From a virus (lineage: Duplodnaviria > Caudoviricetes), in the IMG/VR virus record IMGVR_UViG_3300002835_000006: a stretch of DNA of 64,000 nt, one strand, 5' to 3'. This document shows positions 35,462 to 44,832 of this stretch, in pieces. The notes beneath the pieces were generated by a model. It did not search any database. It was given only the letters and a program-made list of their open reading frames with translations, and was not told the origin of the DNA. The first letter of the stretch is position 1. Every line of letters begins with the position of its first letter. Both the position numbers and the translations under genes were made by a program.

Positions 35462-35600
35462 ATTTCTTCATTTTGTCCCAATTCAGAAAGTCTTCACCTT
35501 TGTAATCAGGATGATTTTTTTTCATATTATCAATCCCTCGAACCCAAACGATTGAAATTGTCAAAACGAAGATAAACATAAAAAACCAGAATGCAATCAT
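35439..35600 (-). CDS. small membrane protein
   Basis: N-terminal TM then GID.MKKNHPDYKGEDF. Confidence 0.6.
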   Translation of the reverse strand: MIAFWFFMFIFVLTISIVWVRGIDNMKKNHPDYKGEDFLNWDKMKKYENDLYK

Positions 35601-35602
35601 TT

Positions 35603-35791
35603 TTATAAAATTTTGTTTTGAGGGATAACAATACAGGCTAAAAGATAAAATAGTACGGTAGGGAAGGGTGCAAAAATTAAAGCCAAAAAAAGTATTCTCC
35701 AAATTGTCGGGTCACTATTTGTATACTCTGCAAGACCGCCACAAACACCACCTATTCTTTTATCGATAGTACTTCTATATAATTTTTTCAT
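35603..35791 (-). CDS. pspC: PspC-domain membrane protein
   Basis: KKLYRS..DKRIGGVCGGLAEY...DPTIWRILF...LFYL...IVIP. Confidence 0.85.
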   Translation of the reverse strand: MKKLYRSTIDKRIGGVCGGLAEYTNSDPTIWRILFLALIFAPFPTVLFYLLACIVIPQNKIL

Positions 35792-35812
35792 ATCTCTTTT
35801 CTAATAAATTTT

Positions 35813-36439
35813 TTAATCCCACCAATTTTTTATACCTGAACCATCGAACCAATTTTCCCAATGGTCGTGTTTCATTTTTTCTTCTTCAGAAAGTTGTTTG
35901 AATGTTTCATGGAACTCATCGTAGTTTTGACCCTTGAGTATTATCCAAAGTTCTTCGAACTCATCTTTCTCGATTTCTCTGGCTCTTTCAAACACCTTAC
36001 GATTATGTTCTTTTTCTTCAGGAGTTTCTTTGTCTAACATTTGATAGCCACCACTTTCAACTTCTTGAAAATCCCAATCGTGTAAAATAAGTTCTCCTAG
36101 TTCGGTTTCCGCTCTGTTTATGTAGGTTGACTCTCTCATGTCATTTATTATTTTAATAACTCTTTGAATTTTTTCAACTTTTTTCAAACGAGTTATTTCT
36201 ACCTCATGACCGTTTCTTAAAACATCAGAGGTCTTTTCTAAGGATTTTGCCAATAGAGATAGGTTGAAAGAATAATCCCAACCACGAAACTCCCACAGAT
36301 TTTTTCTGAAAAACCAAATATTTTTCAGAAACACAGGAATTTTAAATCGGACTGTTTCATATGTTTTGTACCACCAAGTCTCATGGCGTGATATAGTTTT
36401 TAATGATTCAAAAAAACTATTTTTTAACAAAATTTTCAT
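35813..36439 (-). CDS. conserved hypothetical phage protein
   Basis: 208 aa; KNIWFFRK.LW.FR.WDY; ends GIKNWWD. Confidence 0.75.
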   Translation of the reverse strand: MKILLKNSFFESLKTISRHETWWYKTYETVRFKIPVFLKNIWFFRKNLWEFRGWDYSFNLSLLAKSLEKTSDVLRNGHEVEITRLKKVEKIQRVIKIINDMRESTYINRAETELGELILHDWDFQEVESGGYQMLDKETPEEKEHNRKVFERAREIEKDEFEELWIILKGQNYDEFHETFKQLSEEEKMKHDHWENWFDGSGIKNWWD

Positions 36440-36674
36440 CGTTCAATCTTTTAATGTCTATACAATCGTTCTTTCCTACATCGTCAAATGATTTCCAGAG
36501 GTTTAAACTTTTACCAATTCTTGGTAGAGGATGATGTTCCCTATGTCCACAACAAGTACATTCTCTAACAATTACCCTGACAAATTCTCTACCATTAGGG
36601 TGACCAGTACATTGATGTTTTTCTTTTCTGTATTCCCAAAAATGTATACCGAGGAAACAAAGAGGACTTTTCAT
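36417..36674 (-). CDS. small Cys/His-rich protein
   Basis: LCFLGIHFW...C...H...RECTCCG. Confidence 0.65.
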   Translation of the reverse strand: MKSPLCFLGIHFWEYRKEKHQCTGHPNGREFVRVIVRECTCCGHREHHPLPRIGKSLNLWKSFDDVGKNDCIDIKRLNDENFVKK

Positions 36675-36871
36675 TTCTTTTGATATTTGAATTTTAAATA
36701 TTCATCTCGAAGAGCCCAAGACAAAGTGATTAAATCTTCGTTTTTGTAAAGCCTCTCGAAGTTCAATAATAATCTTTCTGCGGCATCTTCTTGTTCCTTT
36801 GTTTGACATGAAAAATAGACTTTTCTTACCCATGCGAGTGAGTCTAACCAATGAGAGCTTCTTTTATCCAT
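36671..36871 (-). CDS. hypothetical protein
   Basis: Start moved to MDKR; TATCTTTG on the minus strand at 36886-93. Confidence 0.65.
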   Translation of the reverse strand: MDKRSSHWLDSLAWVRKVYFSCQTKEQEDAAERLLLNFERLYKNEDLITLSWALRDEYLKFKYQKK

Positions 36872-37025
36872 AAAAATTATTTTTACAAAGATAATAAAAA
36901 AAATAAGACCCACAAAAAAATTTGCGGGTCTTTTGGAAAGGATATATGAGAACACCTTACGGTGATAACACTCATAAATATATCAAAAATTGAAAAAAAT
37001 ACAAGTTTTGATAGCATTGAGACCA

Positions 37026-37865
37026 TTATTTTAACAAATTATAGTATTCTTTAAAGTGTTTCAATCTGTCTGGTAATCCGATAGTTCCACCGTTCACACA
37101 CTTTGTAACAGACGTAACTGTTGCATTTGAGTCATCCACACATTTCTTTAGACAGTTTTTACTGAAAAACCACGCAGCTGACAACAGAGGATACTTCGAT
37201 GAGACCAAATCAGGATTACCTGTAATATCTTCGTTTATAGCTTTCCCGAAAGCCGTGTAATTGTCTTTTCCTGTGAGCTGAATGTAACCTCTTCCTCTGA
37301 ATTTGAATCCCTCACCTGTTGATTCAGGTCCATTACCCATTCTACCACCATAAACTTTGGATGCAATCTTCTGAGGGTTACGTGCATATGACTCTGAAAG
37401 ATTTCCTGGAAAATATTTTGGAAAAATGTTTTTTAGACCTTGTGCTGAGTAGTTCAAATTTTCCTGAGTAAGTCTGAATCCACCCGACTCATGACCACAT
37501 TGAGCCAAGAAGTGAGCAAGTTTCAATGGGGTGTCAATACCAAAAGTTTTTGCTGTATCAGGTATTTGAGCAATTACATTATCAGGAATATGACCTTTCA
37601 ATTTTTCTAATTTCAAACCACCCACGTTAGCAACAGGTTGAGCCACTTGAGCGACAGGTGCGGGTTCTGTAATAAGAACGCCTTGACCCATAATTTTTTG
37701 CCAAGTTTGTTCACCCACAATTCCGTCAGGAGTCAATCCTGATTTTGTTTGAAAGTTTTTAACTGATTCTTCGGTTCCTTTTCCGAAAACACCATCAGCA
37801 CCCAAACCAAGTTTTTGTTGGAGTTTTTTTACGTCTTCTCCCTTAGACCCCACTTTTAGTAGCAT
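37026..37865 (-). CDS. endolysin: PG-binding domain + glycoside hydrolase family 19
   Basis: DGVFGKGTEESVKNFQ...DGIVG; LAHFLAQCGHESGGF..TQENL; FRGRGYIQLTGKDNY; VNGG..GL.DR. Confidence 0.92.
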   Translation of the reverse strand: MLLKVGSKGEDVKKLQQKLGLGADGVFGKGTEESVKNFQTKSGLTPDGIVGEQTWQKIMGQGVLITEPAPVAQVAQPVANVGGLKLEKLKGHIPDNVIAQIPDTAKTFGIDTPLKLAHFLAQCGHESGGFRLTQENLNYSAQGLKNIFPKYFPGNLSESYARNPQKIASKVYGGRMGNGPESTGEGFKFRGRGYIQLTGKDNYTAFGKAINEDITGNPDLVSSKYPLLSAAWFFSKNCLKKCVDDSNATVTSVTKCVNGGTIGLPDRLKHFKEYYNLLK

Positions 37866-37891
37866 AGTAATTTACTTTTTCTATAAATATA

Positions 37892-39331
37892 TTACTGAGA
37901 CGAGTGAGATAAATTTACGTCCCCCAAAACACAATATTTTATGTTTTGAGTCACGTTTGATGTTGTCACGGAAATTGTAAAAAAGGTGACAGGTTGTATT
38001 GTTCCAAAATTATTTTTGGTTATTGAATCATAATTGGTTGGTGAGAACCACAAAACTTGTGTTGAGGGTCTAAATCCAGTAACGTGAGACAAGATTAAAT
38101 AAGAATCACCCAAATCCAAAATTCCATTCTGATTGAAATCTGCTGCTTTCCATTGTTTTGTTCCCGTCATCACTAATCCAGGCGCAGTATTATTTGGGGT
38201 ATTTACATTTTGTACCTCTTGAAATGCTAAATTGAAATCTGCCGTTGTAATTCCTTGAACACTTAAATTAGGTACCAATTTATAAGTTGAGTTCTGTGCG
38301 GGAAGAGTGAAAGAATAAGAACCTGATGATGAAACTGTTTTGGTCTCCACTAATACATCAGAGCCATTTACAATTCTGTATAAAGTTACCGTCGGTAGTG
38401 TGGATAACGTCGGAATAGATATTGTTCCGCTGAGAGTATTTGTAACCGCAACCATGTTAATTGTATTGGCTGCATAATATTCTGTGAATGTAGCATCAGA
38501 GGGATTTGACCAAGTACCAAACTCCACAACATACCCACTCGTCCAACCAGCTCCATCCGGTAAATCATTCCAACAATTTCCACCACCCCATTTTGTGACT
38601 GCATAATCCTCACCGCCAGCATCATTAGGTTCCCCACCACACCAATTTTGATAAGTCCCTGCTTGCGGATTACCGTTGTAGTTTCCTATATTGATTAAAG
38701 TACCATTTTCAGGTCCTGCATCTACTCTCCAATAACCTTCTTGAAGTCTATCGGAAAGGGCTATCCAAATGTTGTTTCCAGGTACGTTCGCACCTATGAA
38801 ATTCTGTTCATCCTGTGATGTTATTGTAACCAGATAACCTGTTTGACCTTTGAATGTTTGCGTTGCAGAAGCGTTTTTCGCTGCAGTATATGTTGAGGTA
38901 CCTGAAATGGGACGATAAAAGTGTCCGTTTGTCGCGTTATAGTAATACCCTGATGGATTTACAGTAGTTGAGACGGATATCTGTACATTACCTGTAGATG
39001 AACCTGTGTTTATCTTTAGAGAAGCCAATGCATTGTTGATATTCGATTGGGTACCTGTAAAACTGATTCTCGTAATATTGGACCAACTGTTATACCCTGT
39101 TGCGAAGGATAATCCTGCTGTTGTTGTTATTGAAAATGTTACACCTGCGGGAGGATTTACGAGCCCTACTGAAGTAAGTAGTGTTTCAGAGGTAAAACCA
39201 TTTACAATAAATCCGCTAGCATCCTGACCCGAAGTGTTGATTTGATAAGTTCTACCAACAGGAGCGGAAATAGATTGTGAAAATCCAAAACAAAAAATGA
39301 AAGAAAATAATATGGTAAAAATTATTCTCAT
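37892..39331 (-). CDS. secreted C-type-lectin-domain protein with dockerin/EF-hand-like C-terminus
   Basis: Signal peptide ending GFS/Q; GYLVTITSQDEQNFI; WIALSD...EG.W; WCGGEPND; WNDL; AADFNQNGILDLGD; LGDVNLSHS. Confidence 0.8.
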   Translation of the reverse strand: MRIIFTILFSFIFCFGFSQSISAPVGRTYQINTSGQDASGFIVNGFTSETLLTSVGLVNPPAGVTFSITTTAGLSFATGYNSWSNITRISFTGTQSNINNALASLKINTGSSTGNVQISVSTTVNPSGYYYNATNGHFYRPISGTSTYTAAKNASATQTFKGQTGYLVTITSQDEQNFIGANVPGNNIWIALSDRLQEGYWRVDAGPENGTLINIGNYNGNPQAGTYQNWCGGEPNDAGGEDYAVTKWGGGNCWNDLPDGAGWTSGYVVEFGTWSNPSDATFTEYYAANTINMVAVTNTLSGTISIPTLSTLPTVTLYRIVNGSDVLVETKTVSSSGSYSFTLPAQNSTYKLVPNLSVQGITTADFNLAFQEVQNVNTPNNTAPGLVMTGTKQWKAADFNQNGILDLGDSYLILSHVTGFRPSTQVLWFSPTNYDSITKNNFGTIQPVTFFTISVTTSNVTQNIKYCVLGDVNLSHSSQ

Positions 39332-40782
39332 AGATTTACTTTACTACCAATTAGAAAAAAGGAAAGGATTGGAAAGTCAGGATTTGTTGAAAGATTGGCT
39401 TTGTAATTTACGTTGAACTTGAACCTCCTTGAAATTTGATAATCAAATCCACTTCCCAAAAAAGCACTAAATGTTCTATCTGTCACGGTGATTTTATCTA
39501 CAGAAGAATAAACAACGGGAGTTGATATTAAATAAATTTCAGGAGATATTGTAAGTTTTTTATTGGGTGAAAATGGTCTCGTATAAAATGCGGTAAATGA
39601 CGGACTGATAAACAAATTACTATCCGATGGTAGTTTTGCAATTGCTCCACTGACGTTAAATCCTGTAATACCCCATTTCTTTGCGTTTATTATCATACTA
39701 TAACCCAAGAATGAAAATACGTTACCGTAGGAATATGCCCCCGTTAAATTGACGTTATGAACGAATTTGAGGGTTCCTGATTGATTCATTTTTATCTTGG
39801 TGTATCTTGAGTTGATTGCAAATTGTTTGAAGTTAAACCAAACCATTCCTGTTACACCCCAAGAACTTGTTCCCATAAGAGAGGTTCTTGACATTCCGAT
39901 GTTTGCAATACCAGTAAAAGATTTATCTAAATTTTGTGCTGAGGTCAAATCAGAAGAAACGATAAGAGGATTTTGGTTTCCTGATTTTCCATTACCCTTT
40001 TTTCCTCCACCACTCGAACCACCACTTTCAGAACCTTTGTCGTTTCTGACCTCTACGTTCATTAGGGTTGTTGCAACTACCTCCGAACCTTTTTCCTTAT
40101 CTTTCTCACTACCTCCCGAATTAGAATTTGAAGATACGCCACCACCGCCACCATTCCCACCAGTGTTATTATTACCGCTCCCCCCACTATTATTACCGCC
40201 AGTTTGAGAACCTTGGCCACCAGTTTGAGAACCTCCCACAGGAACAGACCCGTTGCCTTGACCGCTTGAGTTATTTGATGAACTTGTAGAACCATTCCCA
40301 TTAGAATTAGTAACAGAAGTGGAATTGCTAGAATTACTACTTTCATTTTTATTTTTTTTCTTTTCTGAACTGCTGTTACTTCCTTTGGATGCTGCGTCGT
40401 TTCCACCCATAGATGAACCCTGCATCACAGAGGAATTTATTTGACCCACAACACTACTAACAACATTACCGATAACTTGTGCTGTAATTTGATTTCTTGT
40501 AACTGTAACCGATTGAACTGAGCATGGGGTCAATTTTCTGTAATCGGCATATGCTTGATTGACCCAAGCGGCAAAGGCACCACTTGCCACATCTTGTGCG
40601 GTAAATGATGCCGAACGACCATAAAAATATACTACCGTACCCCCTTGAATTGGAATTGAAAAGTTTGTTACTTCTTTTGTGCAGGGGTCGATGAATGTAT
40701 AGACAACATTTTGTGCCTCAGCTTTGAAGCTGAGAAACAAGATAAAGGAAATACTTAAAAATGTTTTTAATCTTTTCCACAT
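39328..40782 (-). CDS. secreted protein with S/G/N linker and probable outer-membrane beta-barrel
   Basis: Signal peptide ending AEA/Q; long low-complexity linker; alternating amphipathic strands to the C-terminus. Confidence 0.7.
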   Translation of the reverse strand: MWKRLKTFLSISFILFLSFKAEAQNVVYTFIDPCTKEVTNFSIPIQGGTVVYFYGRSASFTAQDVASGAFAAWVNQAYADYRKLTPCSVQSVTVTRNQITAQVIGNVVSSVVGQINSSVMQGSSMGGNDAASKGSNSSSEKKKNKNESSNSSNSTSVTNSNGNGSTSSSNNSSGQGNGSVPVGGSQTGGQGSQTGGNNSGGSGNNNTGGNGGGGGVSSNSNSGGSEKDKEKGSEVVATTLMNVEVRNDKGSESGGSSGGGKKGNGKSGNQNPLIVSSDLTSAQNLDKSFTGIANIGMSRTSLMGTSSWGVTGMVWFNFKQFAINSRYTKIKMNQSGTLKFVHNVNLTGAYSYGNVFSFLGYSMIINAKKWGITGFNVSGAIAKLPSDSNLFISPSFTAFYTRPFSPNKKLTISPEIYLISTPVVYSSVDKITVTDRTFSAFLGSGFDYQISRRFKFNVNYKANLSTNPDFPILSFFLIGSKVNL

Positions 40783-41499
40783 TTATCTCGGAAACTTACC
40801 CTTTTTGATAAGTCTTACAAGAATTCTTGAACATGCAATGTCCAAAGCCTTCTTTGTTGTTATACCAATTGTAGATTGGTTGAATTTTACTTCACTCAAA
40901 TTATCATCATTGAGAAGTGTAAGTTCTCTAACAGTCTTAGCTTCACCGAGACCACTTGCCGCAACAATTTCACCTGTCTCAGCATCTGTAAATCTTACCT
41001 GAAGACCAAGTCTTGTATTGACAGTATTCTTTACCCCATCCTTTAGATTTACAGTCTCATCTTCTGATACAGAAAAGTCATAAACCTCCACAGTCACAAA
41101 ATAATGTGCAAGTCTAATCTTTCCTCTACCGTCCAACTTGTCCTGACTAATACCTGCCTGAGACGCTTGGAACTGCTTTACCATTCTGTTTTTTATCTCC
41201 GTCTTATCCTCAGTGAATGTAAATCTGTTGAGGTCAGAGAGATACTCCAAAACAATGTTTGCAACACCGAGTCCAACCTTTTTCTCCTTTAGTTCAGGAT
41301 ACTGCTCATAAACCTCATCACTTATACCGATAGTAAGGATTTGAATTGGTACTTGAGGACCATCATAATCCATAAGTGAGTCGATATTGATTTTTGTTTC
41401 GAAGCTAGCCTTATACTGCTCAGTCTTCGTAGTCCCTAACGTCTGAGAATAAACCGCAGACGTTAGAAACAAAGAAGTTAGAAATAAAATTTTTTTCAT
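40783..41499 (-). CDS. CsgG/HfaB-like periplasmic or outer-membrane protein
   Basis: Signal peptide ending VYS/Q; GLGVANIV.EYL...NRF; AHYFVTVEV.DF; LQVRFTDAETGEIV. Confidence 0.75.
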   Translation of the reverse strand: MKKILFLTSLFLTSAVYSQTLGTTKTEQYKASFETKINIDSLMDYDGPQVPIQILTIGISDEVYEQYPELKEKKVGLGVANIVLEYLSDLNRFTFTEDKTEIKNRMVKQFQASQAGISQDKLDGRGKIRLAHYFVTVEVYDFSVSEDETVNLKDGVKNTVNTRLGLQVRFTDAETGEIVAASGLGEAKTVRELTLLNDDNLSEVKFNQSTIGITTKKALDIACSRILVRLIKKGKFPR

Positions 41500-41500
41500 T

Positions 41501-42040
41501 TTAATCTTGTTTAATCAAACCACATTTAAGACACTCTTCATCACCATCTCCATCAGCGTCACCCCATACGTGCTCACACTGACGATGTTCAAAATACATG
41601 TCTATAACTCCATCACCATCCTCGTCAATACCATCCATGATACCATCACCATCTTCATCGATTTCTACACCGACTTGAGGGGTAACTTGAGGGGTGACTT
41701 GGGGGGTAATAGATTGTTGTTGTGGAGGTGCTTGAACACTACCATCTTGGGTGTTGGAAAATGATACACCATCTTCTTCATCCATCTTTTGGACTAACAT
41801 TTTGTCTTTGTCGGTATCACTGAACCAATAGTCAATGATTTTACCATAAGACCCGATGAAAGCACCAAGTAAAAGGAGAAGTAATTCTTTCCATTCACCA
41901 CTGATAGCACTTTGTTCGAAAATTGCCATGAATATGGCACCCATAATTACGACAAATCCACCTAACACTAAGGCGGTAATCCACCATCTTCTTTTCATCA
42001 TGGAGTTTAATAACTCCTTAAATCCTGTGTTTGGTTGCAT
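41501..42040 (-). CDS. two-TM inner-membrane protein with Ca-binding DxDGDG repeats
   Basis: Two TM helices; DEDGDGIMDGIDEDGDGVID; DADGDGD; C-terminal CxH...CxxC. Confidence 0.75.
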   Translation of the reverse strand: MQPNTGFKELLNSMMKRRWWITALVLGGFVVIMGAIFMAIFEQSAISGEWKELLLLLLGAFIGSYGKIIDYWFSDTDKDKMLVQKMDEEDGVSFSNTQDGSVQAPPQQQSITPQVTPQVTPQVGVEIDEDGDGIMDGIDEDGDGVIDMYFEHRQCEHVWGDADGDGDEECLKCGLIKQD

Positions 42041-42043
42041 ACA

Positions 42044-42367
42044 TTACCATTTTGGTTCCTCTTGGAAAGGTTTTGGTTTAGGAGCTGGTTCAGCAGGTTT
42101 TGCTGCAGGTTTTTCCACAACACGCTCGATAACTTTAGTAGTTCCACCCGCAGGTGTTGCTTGTTGTTGAGAGTTGTTGATTACGATTGTTGGTTGTGCT
42201 TGGACGGGTGCATCAGGTTGTTTTTCCTCATGATTTCCACCATAAAGTAATGTTCCTAACCATACACCTCCACCTGTTACAACAGTTCCGAGGGTACCTA
42301 CGATTGTTTTTTTAAGACCCGACCATGTTCCGTCGTTTTGGTCTTGTACTTGTGTTTCTTCTGACAT
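42044..42367 (-). CDS. single-TM Pro-rich membrane protein
   Basis: TM LGTVVTGGGVWLGTLLY; KPAAKPAEPAPKPKP tail. Confidence 0.75.
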   Translation of the reverse strand: MSEETQVQDQNDGTWSGLKKTIVGTLGTVVTGGGVWLGTLLYGGNHEEKQPDAPVQAQPTIVINNSQQQATPAGGTTKVIERVVEKPAAKPAEPAPKPKPFQEEPKW

Positions 42368-42372
42368 TTTTT

Positions 42373-44274
42373 TTAAATTTTTACAAATGGTTTAGTTATT
42401 CTTTGTTCATTATTAGCCATAACTAGCAAATATTTTCCTTGAGCTAGATTTTTGGCGTTAATGGCTCTTGTGATTACGTTTGTAAAATCATCTGTTTTGA
42501 AATCTCCTAAGTCCATAACTTTTCTTCCTTGATAATCATAAACGTAACCCTTCATCCAATAATTATTCGGAAATGTTACAGTCAACTCAAATTGTCCTGT
42601 GTTCGGATTGGGTCTAATTTCTGCAATCGGTTTTGAAAATGTAGGTATTGGTCCTGCGGCTCTATAAGTCAAAACTATTCTTTCAGATGCTAATTCAATA
42701 TTGAAGTGCTCTCCTTCAGAGTTAGAAGCATCCATTAGTTGTCTAACAAAAACAAACGATGAGATATCTTCGCTTGGGTCTATTGGCGTAAATTTTAAAT
42801 TAAAGGGGGTGGATAAACCACTTATCCCCCCCTTTTTTTGATTATTCATTCCCCCGAATCTTATTATTCCAGTACGTTCATCATGTGTTACATATTGTAA
42901 CCATTCGTTTGGAACTTTCGAGATAATTTCTGAAAATTTGACTTTGGTTGGTTCGTATTTCATTTCAAATTGTAATCCATAATTTACTAAACCATTTGTT
43001 GAAACGTTGAAGGGTACAAACATCGGTTGACCCACAGAGTAAGAATTTGGAATTTCAACAGTAAATCTTCCGGTGTAAATTGCTGCTCTTACGAGGTTAC
43101 CGTTCGCATCGTAAACAGGAGAAGAGTGACTTCTATCCACATCACCTTGGATATAATACTTTAAATCAACAGTAATGTTTGAAGTTATTACAGTATCAAG
43201 AACAAAATTTAATCTTGAAGAGTAAGTAGTCCAATTTGTCCATTGATTTGCACCCAAAGCCAAACTATCAAATTCGTTTTTTGTAAAAACTTTAATTAAA
43301 CTATTTGTTGCTATTGGTCTTAGTCCTGAAACTGAAGCGTAAATACCATATGGGTCACCACCATCAAATTTTTGATTCCAATTTATATCTCCAATCAAAT
43401 AAGCTAAACCGTTTTGTAAATGTGTCCTCGGATAAGTTTGATTTAAATCAGCGTTTATAAATTCGTTAAAAGATTTTACCGCATCGGTAATTGTGACTGA
43501 GTTATCTCTTATTGAAACCAAACTATCAGGATTGAATCTCAATTCAATTTTATATCTTGTATATTCGTCGATATTATCAAGAGTATATAGACCTGTGTTT
43601 ATGTTCGGTATTGTGGTTGAAACCAAGTTTCCTGTTGCGTTCTCATAACAATAAAGAGTTGGGACCCATCCTCTTGATACTGCCGATGGAGGTAACCAAA
43701 CTTTTCCAGAAATTGTTAGATTTCCGAGAAGTTTCACTCTCATAGTTCTGTTATTCAAAACAGCCACGTTGTCTCCGATTGTTATGCCATTTACATCAAA
43801 CATTCTAGCCCAGTTAACATAAACTGAATCAGATTCGAAATTTGGTATGACTGCGTTTATTTTGTATTTGTTATGTATGATATAACCGTTTGATAAAGCT
43901 GAAGCACCTGCGGGAACCACCAAGTAATTTCTTCCAACAGTCCAATTGGTGTCGGAAATATAGGTATAGTTCCCATTTGCGTAAGAGCTATATTTTTGAT
44001 TTTCCCATGACCTATAGGAAATTTCTGCAGACCTACCATTCAGAGAAGCATCCACCGTTGTTTCAATATGAGTAAACAACCTTTTTTTATATTGCCAATC
44101 CACTTGGAAACTTCTTATATTATTTCCCGATGGTCTGAAATACCAAGCCACATCTAAAGTGTCTCCACGTCTCACAGTAGATAGTTGTTGGAAATGACCA
44201 ATTTCGGGAGATTGTGCAAGTCCCAAAAACGGAATCGACAATAATGAAATAATTGATAAAATTTTTTTCATCAT
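42373..44274 (-). CDS. T9SS cargo protein (type A C-terminal sorting domain) with cohesin-like and dockerin-like segments
   Basis: Signal peptide ending GLA/Q; IGDINWNQKFDGGD; QGDVDRSHS; GLQFEMKYEP.KVKF; RPNPNTG...YDYQGRKV...LAQGKYLL...FVKI. Confidence 0.85.
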   Translation of the reverse strand: MMKKILSIISLLSIPFLGLAQSPEIGHFQQLSTVRRGDTLDVAWYFRPSGNNIRSFQVDWQYKKRLFTHIETTVDASLNGRSAEISYRSWENQKYSSYANGNYTYISDTNWTVGRNYLVVPAGASALSNGYIIHNKYKINAVIPNFESDSVYVNWARMFDVNGITIGDNVAVLNNRTMRVKLLGNLTISGKVWLPPSAVSRGWVPTLYCYENATGNLVSTTIPNINTGLYTLDNIDEYTRYKIELRFNPDSLVSIRDNSVTITDAVKSFNEFINADLNQTYPRTHLQNGLAYLIGDINWNQKFDGGDPYGIYASVSGLRPIATNSLIKVFTKNEFDSLALGANQWTNWTTYSSRLNFVLDTVITSNITVDLKYYIQGDVDRSHSSPVYDANGNLVRAAIYTGRFTVEIPNSYSVGQPMFVPFNVSTNGLVNYGLQFEMKYEPTKVKFSEIISKVPNEWLQYVTHDERTGIIRFGGMNNQKKGGISGLSTPFNLKFTPIDPSEDISSFVFVRQLMDASNSEGEHFNIELASERIVLTYRAAGPIPTFSKPIAEIRPNPNTGQFELTVTFPNNYWMKGYVYDYQGRKVMDLGDFKTDDFTNVITRAINAKNLAQGKYLLVMANNEQRITKPFVKI

Positions 44275-44762
44275 TCGAATAAATTTTTGATTAATGTCTC
44301 GCAGGATTTTTTAATCACATTTGAGACGGATTGTTGATTTATTTTACCTCCTTCTGAAATTATCAACGTTGACATTGAAATTTCAGAAGATTTTTCAGTT
44401 ACGACAGTTTCTTTAATTTTCTTTCCTGATTCATTTAATAATTTAGCTCTCACTCTCAATACTGTTTCATCATTTTCCTTGTGAATTACAGAGAAGCCCG
44501 TTTTGGTGTTCAAGACATCAAAAAAAATAAGTTCAATTTGTAATCTGTTATTAGCAAGATTACAACTATCAACCAATTCAAAATCTTTATCCTGAAGATA
44601 TTCCAATAAAACATTTTTGAAGCCAAATGTTAGATTTCGATTACCCAACATTTGTCCAATTTGTATTTTATTTTCTATGGAAGAAAGACATACTTTTCTA
44701 TCTTGTGTAAAAGAAAAAATGGGTAATGAAAGCAATACAAATGCAATAAGAAACTTTTTCAT
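44271..44762 (-). CDS. secreted alpha/beta protein (CsgG/LptE-like fold candidate)
   Basis: Signal peptide ending SFT/Q; GFKNVLLEYLQDK echoes GVANIVLEYLSD of ORF 40783. Confidence 0.7.
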   Translation of the reverse strand: MKKFLIAFVLLSLPIFSFTQDRKVCLSSIENKIQIGQMLGNRNLTFGFKNVLLEYLQDKDFELVDSCNLANNRLQIELIFFDVLNTKTGFSVIHKENDETVLRVRAKLLNESGKKIKETVVTEKSSEISMSTLIISEGGKINQQSVSNVIKKSCETLIKNLFE

Positions 44763-44832
44763 TTTCTGTCAATAACTTGGTAATCATAAATATTCCATAT
44801 CTAACTTATGGGATATTTATAAAGAAAATTTT

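Noticed and set aside
28526-37865. Canonical holin-endolysin-spanin cassette
   Set aside because: Holin candidates (28526, 31685) are 5-8 kb from the endolysin on the opposite strand and no clear spanin pair is seen; kept only as weak individual calls.
40000-40420. DNA tandem repeat or contingency locus in the GC-richer stretch
   Set aside because: Explained by the Ser/Gly/Asn low-complexity linker of ORF 39328; no exact nucleotide periodicity.
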